DNA of 64,000 nucleotides from the human T2T-CHM13v2.0 reference genome, Homo sapiens. The stretch lies in NCBI RefSeq assembly GCF_009914755.1, contig NC_060935.1; one strand, given 5' to 3'. The position numbers and the translations under genes were made by a program. Below, in pieces: positions 27,921-45,157 of the stretch (positions are counted from its first letter, which is position 1; every line of letters begins with the position of its first letter). A model generated the notes under the pieces. It made no database searches. It saw only the letters and a program-made list of their open reading frames with translations, and had not been told where the DNA came from.

Positions 27921-29104
27921 AGATTTCCTGCTTCTCATCCAGTCTCTCCTTCACCGGAGGTTGCACCCTTTTCCCCCAACTCCAAAAAAAGAAAAATCAC
28001 GCTTCTATAGCTGAGATTTTTTTCTTTTCCTTTTTTCTTTCTTTCAATCACATGAATTTCAAAAAACTATTGGAAGAACTGTCTAATTCTCACTTGTGTG
28101 TAAAAAAAAAAAAAGAAAAAGGAAAAAAAAATTTTACAAATCAAAAAACTGTTGGGCAGAAAGTTTGGGGAAACTAACCAGAATTCAAGTGTAACCCTGG
28201 TGTGATTTAGAGTTAGGGGAGAGAACAAGGAAAATCTTACTAGGGCTCCATTTTTAAAAAATCACAATTCCTCATGTAGTAGATTAGCTGAGACTAACAG
28301 AAAACCAGGAAATAGAAGCAAAAGGGAGATGCAGCTTCAGCAGAGCCGAAGTACACCAAGTGAAAAATGGCTAGAAACTGGGAATGAGGCTGGGACACAT
28401 GCACATGACCTGCCCTCCAGATAGAGACTTTATTTGTTTTGACTGATTGATTGACACAGGGTCTTGCTCTGTCACCTGGGCTGGAGTGCAGTGGCACAAT
28501 CATGGCTCACTGTAACCTTGAACTCCTGGGCGCCCGTGATCCTCTTGGCTCAGCCTCCCAAGTAGCTAGGGCTACAGGTGCACACCACCACGCTGGGCTA
28601 ATTTCTGTATTTTTTGTAGAGGTAGATCTTGCTATGTTGCCAAGGCTGCAGGTACAGATTTTAAAGGAGGATTCAACCATCCAGCTATCAGACAGAAAGC
28701 AGAACCAAAGGAAATCCTCACTCACTCTGCTTGGTAACAAACACTGAATCTGAATAGCTATCACCCTGTTCAAAATTGAGCACGGAGAAAAAAAAATCAG
28801 CATGGGACCTATTAAAAAAACAAAACAAAACTATAAAACAAGTGAAAGAAAAAAGTATAATAGAGGTTCAGAAGTTTTGCATAGGTCCAAATGATTTTTT
28901 GCGGAAGCCAGGAAAAAGTTCTAGGAAATTGTTGGGTATCTTAAGTGGAAGTGAGTGAGTCATGAGCTCTGTAACAGAAGAAGATGAAGGTAGGCTAAGA
29001 TGGAAGATAAACTAGGTGTGATGAAAGAGGAAAAAGAAAAGGAAGGGTTGAAAGGAAATGAAAAACACAGGATAAGGAGTAAAAAAGCAAAATTAATTCT
29101 GTCA

Positions 29105-29472
<368 letters not shown>

Positions 29473-29647
29473 TCAGATGCAGAGGATAAAGACAAAGACC
29501 AAAAAAAATGCTCACGAAAAGACAAAGATGCATATTCAAAAACATTCATCAACATTGTTACTTCTGATAGAAAAGAAAATCGAATCAAGCTAAATGTGTA
29601 ACTAGAGGACCAATTAAATAAATTGTAGGATATTCATACATATAAGG

Positions 29648-30140
29648 TAGGTTTCCTTTTGGCTGCAAGCAGAAGAATACACACCCACTATCTCCCATTA
29701 AAAGAGTACTACCACAGAATCGCTCATAGAAAAAGATGTCTGGGTAGGCAGGTCCAGTTTTGATGCAGCGGTTAAGGATGTCATCTCAGACTAAAGTTCT
29801 TTCTGCCTCTCTGTTCTCATCCTCAGCATGTTGGCCTGTCACTTTTAGGCTCGTCAATTTGTGGTCACAGTACAGCTGGAATGGCTTCAAGTACCACATT
29901 CTCCTTTGATTGATTCAAAGGCAGGAAGCAGGGTTGCAGGTAGGGCAGTAAAAGCCTTGGTCGTCAGAACATCTTTTTCATCATTCCCTGCAGACTTCTT
30001 TTTAGAGTTCATTGATCAGAGCTGGCACATTTGGCCACCTCTTGCTGTAAAGGCTTAGGGAAACGAGTGTCTGCTGTTCTCAGTCTCTGCATTAACAAGG
30101 GAGAAAGGGGCTGGGGATGGCCTCTGGGTGGTCAAAAATA
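29648..30140. mobile_element. Old MaLR LTR (MLT1-like)
   Basis: Degenerate TTTGGCTGCAAG..AGAA start and CATTGATCAGAGCTGGCACAT..GGCCAC motif. Confidence 0.45.
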
Positions 30141-31099
30141 TAACATGAGTACTCCATTGCTATTCAAAATGATATACATCAATCTTTGACTGCATCTCTG
30201 ATTATTTCCTTAAGATAGAGTCTTGAATAGGAATTTCTAGGTAAATCATCATGAGCCTTTAAAAAGTCCTGGTTATGTCATGCAGTTGATTTCCAGAAAG
30301 CCAACAGAAATAGATATGTGTCAACATGTATATCTCCTGATGCCCGCACCAGTACTGAGTGAAAAACTTTGCTGAATGTTCCTGTTTGTCTGAACTTAAA
30401 AGGAGCACATGCATAGAACAAAGAGCCAGCATTTGTTAAATAGCAAAGATAAGCTCATCGAAACTAAGATAAAATAGGCCAGGCACGGTGGCTCACACCT
30501 GTAATCCCAGCACTTTGGGAGGCCGAGGTGGGTGGATCACTTGAGGCCAGGAGTTCGAGACCAGCCTGGCCAACACGGTGAAACCCTGTCTCTACTAAAA
30601 ATACAAAAACTATCAAGGCGTGATGGTGCACATCTGCAGTCCTAGCTACTCATAAGGCTGAGGCAGGAGAAACACTTGAACCCAGGAGGTGGAGGTTGCA
30701 GTGAGCCGAGATTTGTGCCACTGCAATCCAGCCTAACCAATAGAGTGAGACTCTGTCTCAAAACAAAAAAAGGAAAAAAAGCCTAAGATAAAGCAAGAAT
30801 GTTTCCTGTCCTCCCTCATTTCTGTTTAACAGAGATACTAACCATAGAATCATTGGATTCTTAAAAAAATGAGGAACAAATATAGGGAAAAAATAACAAT
30901 ACAGCAGGATTTTTGGATGACATGATCATAATTAGACAATGCAAGTAAAAAAAAAACACCTAAAAATCTATAAGGGAAATAAGGGGGGAGTGGAGAAATA
31001 GAAGAAATGAGATAAGCAAAATGTCGATAATTGTTGAAGCTGGATGATGAGTATTTGTGCAAGTTTTAAACTTTTTATAATAAAAGTTGTTTTTCCAAT

Positions 31100-31444
31100 C
31101 TTATTGTGTTAAAATATAAATAACATAAAATTTACCATCTTAGCCATTTTCAAGTGTACAATGCAATGGTATTAAATACATTCATAATGCCATATGACCA
31201 TTACCACCATCCAGCTCCAGGACTCTTTTCACCTTGCAAAACTGAAATGCTGTACCCATTAAACTCCCCATTTCCTCCTCCTTCTGGTCTCTGGCAACCA
31301 CCATTCTACTTTATGTTTTTATCCATTTGACTATTCCAAGCCTTATATAAGTGGGATCATACAGTATTTGTCTTTTTTAGACTGGCTTCTTTCACTTAGC
31401 ATAATATCCCAAGGTTCATCACATTGTAGTGTATGTCAGAACTG
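31100..31444 (-). mobile_element. L1MB-like 3' end
   Basis: AACATAAAATTTACCATCTTAGCCATTTTCAAGTGTACA..GGCAACCACCATTCTACTTT. Confidence 0.8.
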
Positions 31445-31449
31445 CCATC

Positions 31450-31951
<502 letters not shown>

Positions 31952-31954
31952 TGA

Positions 31955-32152
<198 letters not shown>

Positions 32153-32219
32153 TAATCAACACAAATATTTTAAAATACCATACACTTAAAAGGAAGTTCA
32201 ATTCATATCTTAGACGTCA

Positions 32220-32664
<445 letters not shown>

Positions 32665-33367
32665 CTATGTTGGTGGCCCTGCTAAATTTGTGGCCAGGGC
32701 ACCTCCTCCCTTTCCCCCAAACTGGTTTCATCTCCCTCGAAGCTGGTTTCTCTCCCTCAAAGCTACTACTGCAGAATTAGGGGCTTATTTGGTATGGGTT
32801 TATTACTTCCTGTGACTTAGAATCTTGGAGAATTCAATACTTTTTAATTTAGCTTCTTTGTTTTATCTAATAAGTTTAGTAGATTAAAATATTCTTCTGG
32901 CCAGGTCAGGGTCTAACCACTATAGGGTATCTTCAACTCAATGTACATTTTAACCGAAACACACTCAGCATCTCACCTAAACACGATCAATATGGGCCTC
33001 TATTGTATCTTTTTCCAAGGTAATATGATCCTGACAATATTCTCTGGAAAAATTTCACTCATAGACTAACCCATATTTTTGTTTTTCCTCATTCCCACCC
33101 TCAAAGGTAATATGAATGCAAATAAAATTTAAAAGAACCTCCCATGGAGAGGAGACATTGCCATCTTCCATGAGGTACAGAAGCCCACGTTTCTGAGTTG
33201 GTGGACACAGTGGCACAAGTAGGAAGTTTTAGTTTTGAGGGTTCCTTTCTTCTCCCTCTTCACGTCAATGTACTTTGGTTGTCTAAAATGCGTTGAAAGC
33301 CTTATTTTCTGTACTTTATGTCTCTCACAATGTCATCTAAAAACATTAATTGGCATTACAACATTAA

Positions 33368-33583
<216 letters not shown>

Positions 33584-36500
33584 TAGAGATGGGCTTTCAC
33601 CATGCTGTGTCGGCCATTACCCAACTCCTGGGCTTAAGTGATCCACCTGCCTCAGCCTCCCAAAGTGCTGGGATTACAAGCCTGAGCCACCGCGCCCAGC
33701 TGTTAATCGTGACTTAATACATGTGCATCTTCCCCTGTTTCCTGTGTTTGCTTTCATAAGTCCACTGCTCCTGCTGTGAAGATGGGTACATTCATCTGTC
33801 ATAGCTTAATGACACCACCTTAAAATTTGCAGATGGGTTCATATACATCTTATTATTCACTCACTCATATATTAAAAAATATTTAAGTATCTACTATGTA
33901 CCAGGCACTGTGCTGGGTCCTGGGGATACAGAGATGAAAAAGATACCAGGAGGCTGGGCGTGGTGGCTCACGCCTGTAATCCCAGTACTTTGGGAGGCCA
34001 AGGTGAGTGGATCACTTGAGGTCAGGAGTTCGCGACCAGCCTGGCCAACAGGCTGATGGTGAAACTCCATCTCTACTAAAAATACAAAAACTAGCCGGGC
34101 GTAGTGGTGCATGCCTGTAGTCCCAGCTACTTGGGAGGCTGAGGCAGGAGAATCGCTTGAACCTGGGGGAGTGGAGGTTGCAGTGAGCCAAGATCGTGCT
34201 TGGGCGACAGAGCAAGACTCTGTCTCAAAAAAAAAAAAAAAAAAAAAGACACCAGAAGCTCACAGACTTGATGGACAGGCACATAAGCCAATAAAATGTG
34301 TTCAAAGCAAACTTCTGATAATGGCTTGGTTTCTAAAGAGACTTTTTTTAAAAAACTGGGAAGTCAGGATATTGACTAATGGACACTGGAATTTTGTTCA
34401 TTTGACAGTTTTATTGTGTGTGTGTGTGTGTGTGTGTGTGCATAAAAAATGAATACATTTATATTTTGGCTTATGTCCTATGTCTTAAGAGCATGGCTAG
34501 CACTTAATCTTTAATACGGGTAACTGGACAAATGTAAGGTTGTGACCCTTAAACTTGAACCCCATATGCATTCCCCCCTGGCGATCACACCAAGGCTCAG
34601 ACAAGCAGGGCAGTCTGGTCTGGTCCGTCGACTGTCCTCTTTCTCCTTCTCAACATATAGAACATCCCATTGGTCACAAATGCTGGATAAATGAAGGATT
34701 GCAAAAGCTCAAACTTTTTTCTTTTTTGCTTGCATTGATGTTGTAATTAACACATAGGAGCTGAGCTTTTTCCTGTGCTGACTTGTAATTTTGGCATCGT
34801 TCAAACTGGAAACGGGTTCTAATGGTATCAGTGTTATTTCCTGGGCAATAAATATCTAAAATAGAGAAGTGAGTCATAGGCCCAATGAAACTTATGAACC
34901 AAGATTAGTCACGCGGATAGTGGAGCTGCTTAACATCAATATAACTTTCTCTTCAGGTCGTTTCCCACAAAATTGGGTGGAAAAACCCACTCCTATTGCT
35001 CAGTTGGGCAGTTGCAACGATGAGCTAAATCAATTGTACTCTGGCAGTACTGTAGTAATAGCTGTAGTTTAAAAAATCACGGTAGTTAATCCACTTTGTT
35101 TCAAACTCTTCTATATGCTTTAAAAGGTATGAATTGGCAGGGCGCGGTGGCTCACGCTTGTAATCCCAGCACTTTGGGAGGCCGAGGTGGGCGGATCATG
35201 AGGTCAGGAGATTGAGACCACGGTGAAACCCCGTCTCTAATAAAAATACAAAAAAAAAAAAAAATTAGCCGGGCGTGATGGCATGCGCCTGTAGTCCCAG
35301 CTACTAGGGAGGCTGAGGCAGGAGAATGGCATGAACACAGGAGGCGGAGCTTGCAGTGAGCCGAGATCTCGCCACTGCCCTCCAGCCTGGGCGACAGAGC
35401 GAGACTCCGTCTCAAAAACAAAAAACAAAACAAAACAAAACCCCCCCCCCCAAAAAAAACCAGAAAACAAAAAGGTATGAATTATTAGGGATATAATATC
35501 CAATTAAGAAGAAAGATGTTAAAAAATGACTCAGAACTATGGCAAAAACTATTCTATTTTGGAGGTGTTTTGAAATTAATTTTAATTTATGGGTGTTTTG
35601 GAATGAAGCAGTCCTGTCCTCTCAAAAAGCAAACAAACAAACAAAAGGGCATTGTGATTTTGATTGCTTTAGAATGTCAGTAGGACTAGTTAGTCAAAGT
35701 CTATTTCTAAAACATACCTCCTTTTCGTCATTGCAAAGGAGAAGTACACTTTACTTTCAAGGCTGACTTTGGGCATTGAGAACACAGAAAGATGATTTCC
35801 TACATTCTTAGCTAATTAATTTTAAGTGTAGCTGGAAGCCTGGTGAGGCAGAACTTAAAGAAGATGCTACTTCTTGACTTTTAAGCAGAGGCAGCAAATC
35901 ACTTACAGTAAAAATTACTCAAGGAAATCACTCAATTGGCTTTTTTTGCTATGGAATTGTGACTTTTTTCCTATAATGCCCTAGGGAAAGAATATAACTG
36001 TACCTCCCTTCCTTCCAATTTCTTCAATGTCCATAGCTTTAAAGAAGAGGTCAAAATTTTGTATAAAGGACTCAAGAACCTCTCGAAAGGACAAGCTCTA
36101 AGAGTCCAATCTCTTACCACTCTCAGCGTCAAGGTTAGGGCACCTTCATTGGAAGGAAACTGCACGGTCCAGTTCTAGACTTGGGGGCAGATAAGGCCAG
36201 GAGTTCCAGTTTCCTGCCATAAAATTACCACAATGGCTGGAGATGGAACCAGCTTGACGGCCCCTGCACTGGCGAAGGCAGCAGGAGAAGGGCACAGCTT
36301 TTGGCATGTGAAATGGCTGGTGCTGGAAGCTGGCCTTACCCAGCTGTCTTGGGGCAGACTTACCTCCTGAGAAAGTAACTATGTCCACAGAGCTGTTGTC
36401 TTGAGAACCCCTGACTGAACTAACGGTGAGACATGAGCTTGTTTTTTTTTCAAGGAACTCTTTAGTCTAGACTGTTGCAGCAAGTGGAAAGCCCCTTAGA

Positions 36501-36820
36501 CCTTCTTGGGACATCTGTGACCCTAGCTCCTACAGTGACCCTTCCAGGAACAACCAGTCTGGTGGTGATGGGGTCATCTTTTGGCCTCAAATGCCAAACA
36601 AGCTTGAGCCTCTCTTTCCCCGTCTTCTGACACTTAGACTCACAAAGGAGCCTGCAAGCCTAAGGGGGATGAAACTGCATGCCTTTGGAGATGAAACTGG
36701 ACTTGTGTGTGGGCGCTGAGCATTAAAGGTTGGGAGGTGAGGGTGTGTGCAGTTGGATATTATAATAACCTCAGTAATGATTCACACATGTAAGGCAAAA
36801 ATAAGAAGCTCAATTCTTCC

Positions 36821-37820
36821 TGTTAAAAATAAAGGATGCCGGGCATGGTGGCTCACGCCTGTAATCCCAGCACTTTGGGAAGCCGAGGGGGATGGATCAC
36901 AAAGTCAAGGAGTTCAAGACCAGCCTGGCCAAGATGGTGAAACCCTGTCTCTACTAAAAATAAAAAAAAATAAAAAAAAATTAGCTGGATGTGGTGGCGG
37001 GCGCCTGTACTTCCAGCTACTCGGGAGGCTGAGGCAGAGAATTGCTTAAACCTGGGCGGAAGAGGTTGTAGTGAGCCCAGATGGCGCCACTGCACTCCAA
37101 CCTGGGCGACAAAATGAGACCCCATCTCAAAAAAAATAAAAATAAAAAATAAATAAATAGATAAATAAAATAAAATAAAATAAAATAAGGGATGAGACCT
37201 GCCCTGGTCCCTTTTCTTAGAGTATTTACTTTAGAAAACGTGTAAGTTCTCTTCAGAATACATAAAATCCTTGTAAAATTTAAATACGAATTTTGCTAGC
37301 TTTACAACCCAGGAATGTCTTTCTCAAGGACCCAGGAGCCATCTCTTCTGAATGTAAACTTCCAGGGAAAATCATTTCCCTGTGTCGCAGTTTTTGTGAG
37401 AGTGTAGGAGCCTAGCTTCAGCAGGTGCCTGGCACCCAGTGGCAAAACTCCCTGCTGCCAAGAAGATAGCAGAAGTTTCTTTTTCCTTTGTATTAAACCA
37501 AGTGACTAACACAGGTGGTCACCCCTGTTACCAGGTGAATTTAGGATGAACGATGTGTTATGAATGGCGCTGTCAAGTCCTCTTCCTTGGACTGATGATT
37601 GTTTATCTTGAGAACACGTGTGTAATGGATTGCGTCTGTCTGGCTGTATGAAAGGGTGAGATTTATTTCTGCCTTTGCAATCTTTTAGTGAATTGCTTGG
37701 GATGTGCATCACTTTCTGGTTTAATGCTTATTCAATAATAAGTGTGTTTTCTTTCTCTTCCTTTGTGGAGAGATTTACTGGGTTGAGAAAAAAGTTTATT
37801 TTTAAGTATATTTCCCCAAT
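36821..37820 (+). mobile_element. ERV1 solo LTR (MER34-like) with an Alu inserted near its 5' end
   Basis: CCCAGGAATGTCTTTCTCAAGGACCCAGGAGCCATCTC and 3' end TTTGTGGAGAG...TATATTTCCCCAA resemble MER34-family LTRs. Confidence 0.6.
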
Positions 37821-40735
37821 TACACTAATGCCACAACTCAACAATATGTGAAAAAAGGAAAATTTATATTGACTTGAATCCTTCAGAAGACCTGACTTTT
37901 AACAAATTTATTTTGTCAGACTTTACAAGAAAATGGCCTTTTTTTCCTTTTGTCTCTTCCTCTCCCCCTCATTTTATCCAATTTTCCTATATTGCCTGTC
38001 TCTCTTTTATCCTATTAAAAGACCACTCTTAAAATAAGATAAAGTCACGATTCTCAAACAGATGTAAAAATGAACACGTTAAAGATTTTATTCTATTCAC
38101 TTAATCTATGAGAGAATCAGGAAGCTGTTGCAACCAGTTCAGAAGATAATCTGAAGAACAGACACATTTATAGAGAAGAAATATTGAAATAAATGGGATG
38201 GAGGCAAAACTGGTTTTCAGAAGGAAGGAGGGAAGTCAATGGCTCTTCCACTACACAGGAGAGAACTGCATGTCTATAGACAAGAATTATTTTGGATTGT
38301 TATCAGTTCTATACAACTTAAAGAATAGTAAAATAGCTTCAGCAGAATTGGAGTCAGATAATTAGAGGGGCCTCCTCAAGACCATGCATAATATAATTTT
38401 CCACTAAAGCATAAAAGTTCTCCTACAATCTTCTTTCTTTCTTTTTAGAGACAGAGTCTTACTCTGTTGCCCGGGCTGGAGTGTGGGGGCACGATCATAG
38501 CTCATTGCAGCCTCGAACTCCTGGGCTCAGGTGATCCTCCTGCCTTAGTCTCTTGAGAAGCTGGGATGACAGGTGTACACCACCGTGCCCAGCTAAGTAT
38601 TCTTCTTACTGTAAAAAAAGATTAATAACATATGTGGGCTGGGCATGGTGGCTCAAGCCTGTAATCATAGCACTTTGGGAGGCTGAGGCGGGTGGATCAC
38701 GAGGTCAAGAGATCCAGACCAGCCTGGCCAATATGGTGAAAAACCCTGTCTCTACTAAAAATACAAAAATTAGCTGGGTGTGGTGGCGGGCGCCTGTAGT
38801 CCCAGCTACTCAGGAGGCTGAGGCAGGAGAATCGCTTAAACCCGGGAGGCGTGTAAAGACACTTTGAGAAGTCGACAATAGGTAGTAATTATTTTCTTTT
38901 TCTCTACCTAAACAAGTTTCTTACCTTAAGTGTGACTTAAAATTATCTATTCTAGGAAGAATTCACTGATTAACTCAAGCTGGCTTAGCTCCTCTGTTTA
39001 CTATCATTATTAATAAACATTTTTTGTCTTTAGTGTGCTGTTGCTGTGTCTGACAGGTAATGTTTGCATAAATAATTATGTCTGTAAAGCCATGAGTAAT
39101 TGCAATAATTATTAGGATTACTGGTATAGGTAAAAATAATTAAGAAATTTCTTTTCTTTTTAAAATTATTTTCTTTTTAAAATTTTTTATTTCCTCTATC
39201 TGAAGTCTACCCTGCAAGCAACTGCTTTTCTTCAACTGCAGGATGTCAGAAAACCAGTGTGACAAGTTAAAAAAAAACAAAACAACCAATTAAAAAACTA
39301 ATTGACAAATAATTATATATTTTCAAGGTATACAATGTGATAATTTGATATACATTGTTTGATGATTACTACAATCAAATTAATTAACACATCCGTCACC
39401 ACACCATAGTTACCATTTGTGTGTGTGTCAGGGTAGAGGGCGGTAAGGACACTTAAAATCTGTTCTCTCATCAAATTTCAAGTAAACAGGACAATATTAT
39501 TAACTGTAGTTACTTTGTTTACATTAGATCCCCTGAACTTATATAGAAACCCCTAAAGATTCCACCAAAAAACAGAACTGAGAAATGAGTTCAGTAAAGT
39601 TGCAAGATATAACAGGTTCATTTAGTAACTTGATGGATGATTTTGGCATATTATAGACCTGGTCTATAGTATCTTTTTTGTTTGTTTTTAACATTTAAAA
39701 AATACATATATTTTTCTCTGTCTTATAGATACTCAAGTTCCTTAAAAGCAGGTATTACGTCTGGGTCATTTTTGTATGCCCAGCACCTGGCACAATGCCA
39801 ATGCCTGGCACACAGTAGGTGCTTAATAATACCAACCAAATGACCAACTCTCTGACTTTAAATTTCTATTTTTCTTTTGAGACAGGGTTTCACTCTGTTT
39901 CCCAGCCTGGAGTGCAGTGGCGCGATCATAGCTGACTGCAGCCTTGATCTCCCAGGTTCAAGTAATCCTCCCGCCTCAGCCTCCTGAGTAGCTAAAGGCA
40001 GGCGCCACCATGCCCAGCTAATTTTTTTAATTTAAATTTTTAGTGGAGATGAGATCTTGCTATGTTGCCCAGGTGATCTCCAACTCCTAAACTCAAGGGA
40101 TCCTCCCTTGGCCTTCCAAAGTGCTGGGATTACAGGCGTGAGTCACTGCACCTGGCCTCTGATTCTAAAAGTCTTGAGGGCAGGGATCCTGCTTGCTGTC
40201 TCCTTGGCATGCCAATGGATACTGGCTTTATGCTTCTGCTAAGGTCTCAATTAGTCTCCTTATTTTGAAATTATCTTTCTTGTCTCCTTGGGGCCCACAG
40301 ATACCCAATAGTATAGTGGTTTATTGGAAAATTATATGTCGTGGTGGAAAGACTAAGGGGCTGGGAGCTCTGGCACTACCAGAGACTAGCTGGGTGATCT
40401 TCGGGCAAAGCATTTCACTTCCTGAACCTCTGTTTATTTTTTCCTCTGCACCTCAGTATACCCTTCTGTATAACAAGGATAATAGCCTCTTTTTTTTTTA
40501 ATTGGAGCATTGTGATTATAAACAAGACCTATTCTGTATGTTGAATTCTATAGAAGCCATGAAAGGACTTAGAAAACTATGAGCTGCAATTTAATTTTTG
40601 ATCTCAACTAATTTTTAAAGCAGCAAGCATGTGTGTGGGTTGTGTATGTTATGAATATGCATCCAATAGATTTATCTTTTAGTTGCTTTAGAGACTGAAG
40701 GTGCATTTCCTTCGTACTCATTGTTTTAAATGTGA

Positions 40736-41032
<297 letters not shown>

Positions 41033-41209
41033 TAGAGGTGTGAGCTGCCGTGCCCAACGGAGACCTTCTTAAAGATGTCTGTCCCTATGTGATTCTGAAT
41101 ATGGAAAACTCCATTGCCAATGAGGGTCATGGTTTTGTAGAGAAAGCAGATGGTAAATGGACTCTACTCTTCAGGAATTCAGCTTGCTTGGCAAGTAAGG
41201 TTGGATAGG

Positions 41210-42322
41210 CCAGGTGATGTCAGACCTAAACCAGGAGTCATCCTGCATTCCTCCCTACCCTTACCCTCACATCCAATCTATTGGCGATTCCTGCTGACTC
41301 TCCAAAAAGTATCGGAATCAGAGAGCTCTCTCCTCCTGCACTGCTACATCTGGTCCGGTGTTGTTATCCCTCATCTAGGCTAGCACACTGCCTCCTAACT
41401 GGTCTCTCTGCTTCCACCTTTGCCCAACTCAAATCCATTCTCTTCCCAGTGGCCAGAATAATCTTTCAGAAACATAAATCAGATTGCATAATTCCCCCAA
41501 CTTAAAGCCCTGTGTTGGCATTTAGATAAAATCCATACCCCATTCTTGAGTCCACAAAGACTCTGACCAAACCACAACTGCCTCTCCCACCTCATTTATG
41601 GCCACTCTCCCTTCTGCCAAATCTCCCCTGGCCACAGGAGCCATTTTCTCTGCTTCCTACACTCCAAGCTTGCTCCAGCCTCAGGACCTTTGCACCAGCT
41701 ATTCTCTGTGCCGAGAATGCTCATCCTCATAATCTTGGCATGGGAGATCTTGTCTTGGCTTTCACATCTTAGTTTAACCATCACCTCTTCATAGAGGTTC
41801 TTTTTTGTTTTTGTTTTGTTTTGTTTTTGTTTTTGAGATGGAGTCTCACTCTGTCACCCAGGTTGGAGTGCAGTGGTGCGAACTCGGCTCACTGCAATGT
41901 CTGCTTCCTGGGTTCAAGCAATTCTTCTGCCTCAGCCTCCTGAGTAGTTGGGATTACAGGTGCCTGCCACTACGCCTGGCTAATTTTTGTATTTTTAGTA
42001 GAGACAGGTTTCACTGTGTTGGCCAGGCGGGTCTCGAACTCCTGACCACGTGATCCACCCGCCTCGGCCTCCCAAAGTGCTGGGATTACAGGCATAAGCC
42101 ACCACGCGCAGCCTTCACTGAGGTTCTTAATTTTTCAGATAGCATTTTGTGTTATCTGATTTTTGGATCTTTAAAACATTCTGTCTACATGTCATTTTCC
42201 CCCTACTAGAATGTAAGTTCCTTGGGAACAGGGATCTTTCTCTGTTATTTTCTGAATACTTAGTGCCTTGAAAAGAGCTTGGCTTATAGTAGGTGCTCAA
42301 TAAATATTTGTCAGATGCATGA
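41210..42322 (+). mobile_element. L2 3' fragment with an inserted Alu
   Basis: Ends in GTAGGTGCTCAATAAATATTTGTCAGATGCATGAA. Confidence 0.7.
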
Positions 42323-42377
42323 AAGGCATTTTAATACTTCTTGTTAAATTGGGGTCGGGTGTGATGGCTCATGCCTA

Positions 42378-42635
<258 letters not shown>

Positions 42636-43526
42636 CTAAAAAAAAAAAAAGAAAAAAAAATTAGTTTGTCTTCTTCTACCTAAGGGTGAAAATAACATGT
42701 GAGCTTCAAGATTCAATGCATGGCTTCCAACCCTGATGGGCTAGCTGGAGAGTGGTGGAGTGAGAAGACAAGGTGGCAGACCCAAGGTGGATTGTCAGAT
42801 GGCAGAGATGGGAAGACACCAGGAAACCAGGCTCATATTTTCATGGAACCACTGGCTGCTGAAGCCTGTGACTTTGGCAGGCAGCCCAGGGTGAATCACT
42901 ACTTAGATGAATGAGGAGATTCTGCTTTGTCCCTGACACTTCAAATTGTTATTCCTTCCTTAAGCAATTTATGGGCACTCCCATAGACTCTCTAGCCTTT
43001 GGAGCCTTTGCATTAGGAGCTTGATTTATGGATATCTGTATAGTTACAGGAAATAATGTCGTATAAAAGGCATTTAATATGGAGGGGCTTTATGACCCCT
43101 TGCTTGGGTGTAACCATCCCTGTCAGGGTGCCAGGAGAGAAGGGTGGAGCCTTTTTGGATGCTGGGAAGTGAGGGTGTGAGGTGTTATCCAGGTGGGAAA
43201 GGCATGCTGAGAGGGAGGGCCCCTGTGTGGTTCTGAACACTGTGCTCCATCCACACAGCCCTCCTCGGGGGCTGGGTGCAGCAGCTGTTGGAGTTCTTTC
43301 TTCACAGTAAATATTTAACCACGTAAGATGCCCAGGCTACCAGCCACTGCTAAGTGACAGGCAAAATCCTAAGCCACAGATGTTGCCCTCTGGCTCTCAG
43401 CTCAGAGAGCTGAGGCTGTTGACTGGAGTCCTCAGAACTTCAGAGAGCTTGGAAGTTTGTGCATTTCATCAACTGACTTGCTTTGTCTGCCAGAAAGCAT
43501 TAAGCCTCAGAATTTATACCTTCCCT

Positions 43527-44520
43527 TCTTCATTCATTTGTGTATATTCATACATTGAGCACCTGCTCTGGTCCGGGTTCTGCGCTTAGGTGATTGGGAT
43601 ACATCAGTGAATAAAACAGACAAAGGTCTCTGCCTCTGGGACCCAACGTTCTACCAAGGAAGAGGGACAATAAACAATGAGCATACTATATATATTAATT
43701 ATATGTAAACATTATATATTATAAGGTGATGGGCCTATAGATGAAAAATAATGTGGTGTAAAGGGAACTAGAATGTGTGGAGGTGGGACGGGGCAGGTTA
43801 TGGTATTAAATAGCCAGGGTAAGCTTCACTGAACAAGTGAGATTTCATCAGCATCCTGAAGGAGATGAGGAATTTGTCAAATGGACCTCCGAGGGGAGAG
43901 AATTACAGGCAGAGAAAATAACTAGGCCCCAAGCTGGAAGTACGCTTAGAGTGTCAGAGCAACAGCAAGACCGGTGTGGCTGAAGCAGGCTGAATGAAGA
44001 CTAGAGAAGTAGGAGACAAAATTGGAGTGGGAACTGGGAACTGGGGACCAGGCAGTCAATGGGGACCAGAGGTTGCTGGGCCTTGTAAGCCGTTATGAGG
44101 ATGTTGGCACTTACTCCAATGGAAAGAGGAACTTTTGCAGAACTTTGAGCGGAGATGTCTCATGATTTGACTTCTGTTTTTAAAAGGACCACTGCAGCTG
44201 CTCTATTAAGAACAGATTGTAGGGAAGCCAAGGCAGGGCCCAAGGACTTGGGAGGAGGGTATAGGGGTGAGGTTGCTGCAGTAACTGATCACATGGCTCA
44301 GATGAGGCTGATAGTGGCAAGGACGCTGAGACGCAATTGAACAATCAGTATATTTTAAAGGTAGAGCTAACCTGATTTCCTGATGGATTAGATGTGGGGT
44401 TGAGAGAAAAAGAGGACTCAAAAATTACTTAAGAAGTTTTTGGCTTGAACAACTAGAAGGATAGAGTCTCCATCAACTGAGATGGGAATAGCTATGAGCG
44501 GAGCAGGGTTTGTGGGGGGA
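43527..44520 (-). mobile_element. L2 3' fragment
   Basis: Begins TTCATTCATTTG..ATTGAGCACCTGCT, the reverse of the L2 tail. Confidence 0.7.
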
Positions 44521-44866
44521 ACTCAACAATAAGAAGGACTAAACTATAAATACATACAACGATTTGAATGAATCACAAAAGCATTTTGTTGAATGGAAAA
44601 AGGCAGTCCAAAAATGTTTCATAGTGTTTGATTCCATTTGTAAAACATTCTGGAATAGGGAAAACTATATGGATGATAAACAAACCAGCTTTTGCCAGGG
44701 GTTAGCATTGAGGGGTGGGTTTGGCTACAAAGGGGCAGGATGAGGGGATTTGGGTGATTAACTGGCCTGTATCTTAATTATGTTAGTAGGAACATGAATC
44801 TATATCTGTTAAAATTCATGTACTGTACACAAAAGCAAAGTTTATAGTATGTCAATTTAAAAATTA

Positions 44867-45157
<291 letters not shown>

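Noticed and set aside
32970-33050. Minus-strand exon-like segment with AG and GTGAG signals; a similar one near 38920-39050
   Set aside because: Contains stops, no recognisable protein similarity, no expression evidence.
39290-39612. Minus-strand L1 3' end joined to a plus-strand L1 ORF2 piece, resembling twin priming
   Set aside because: The two pieces are far apart on the L1 consensus and I found no TSD.
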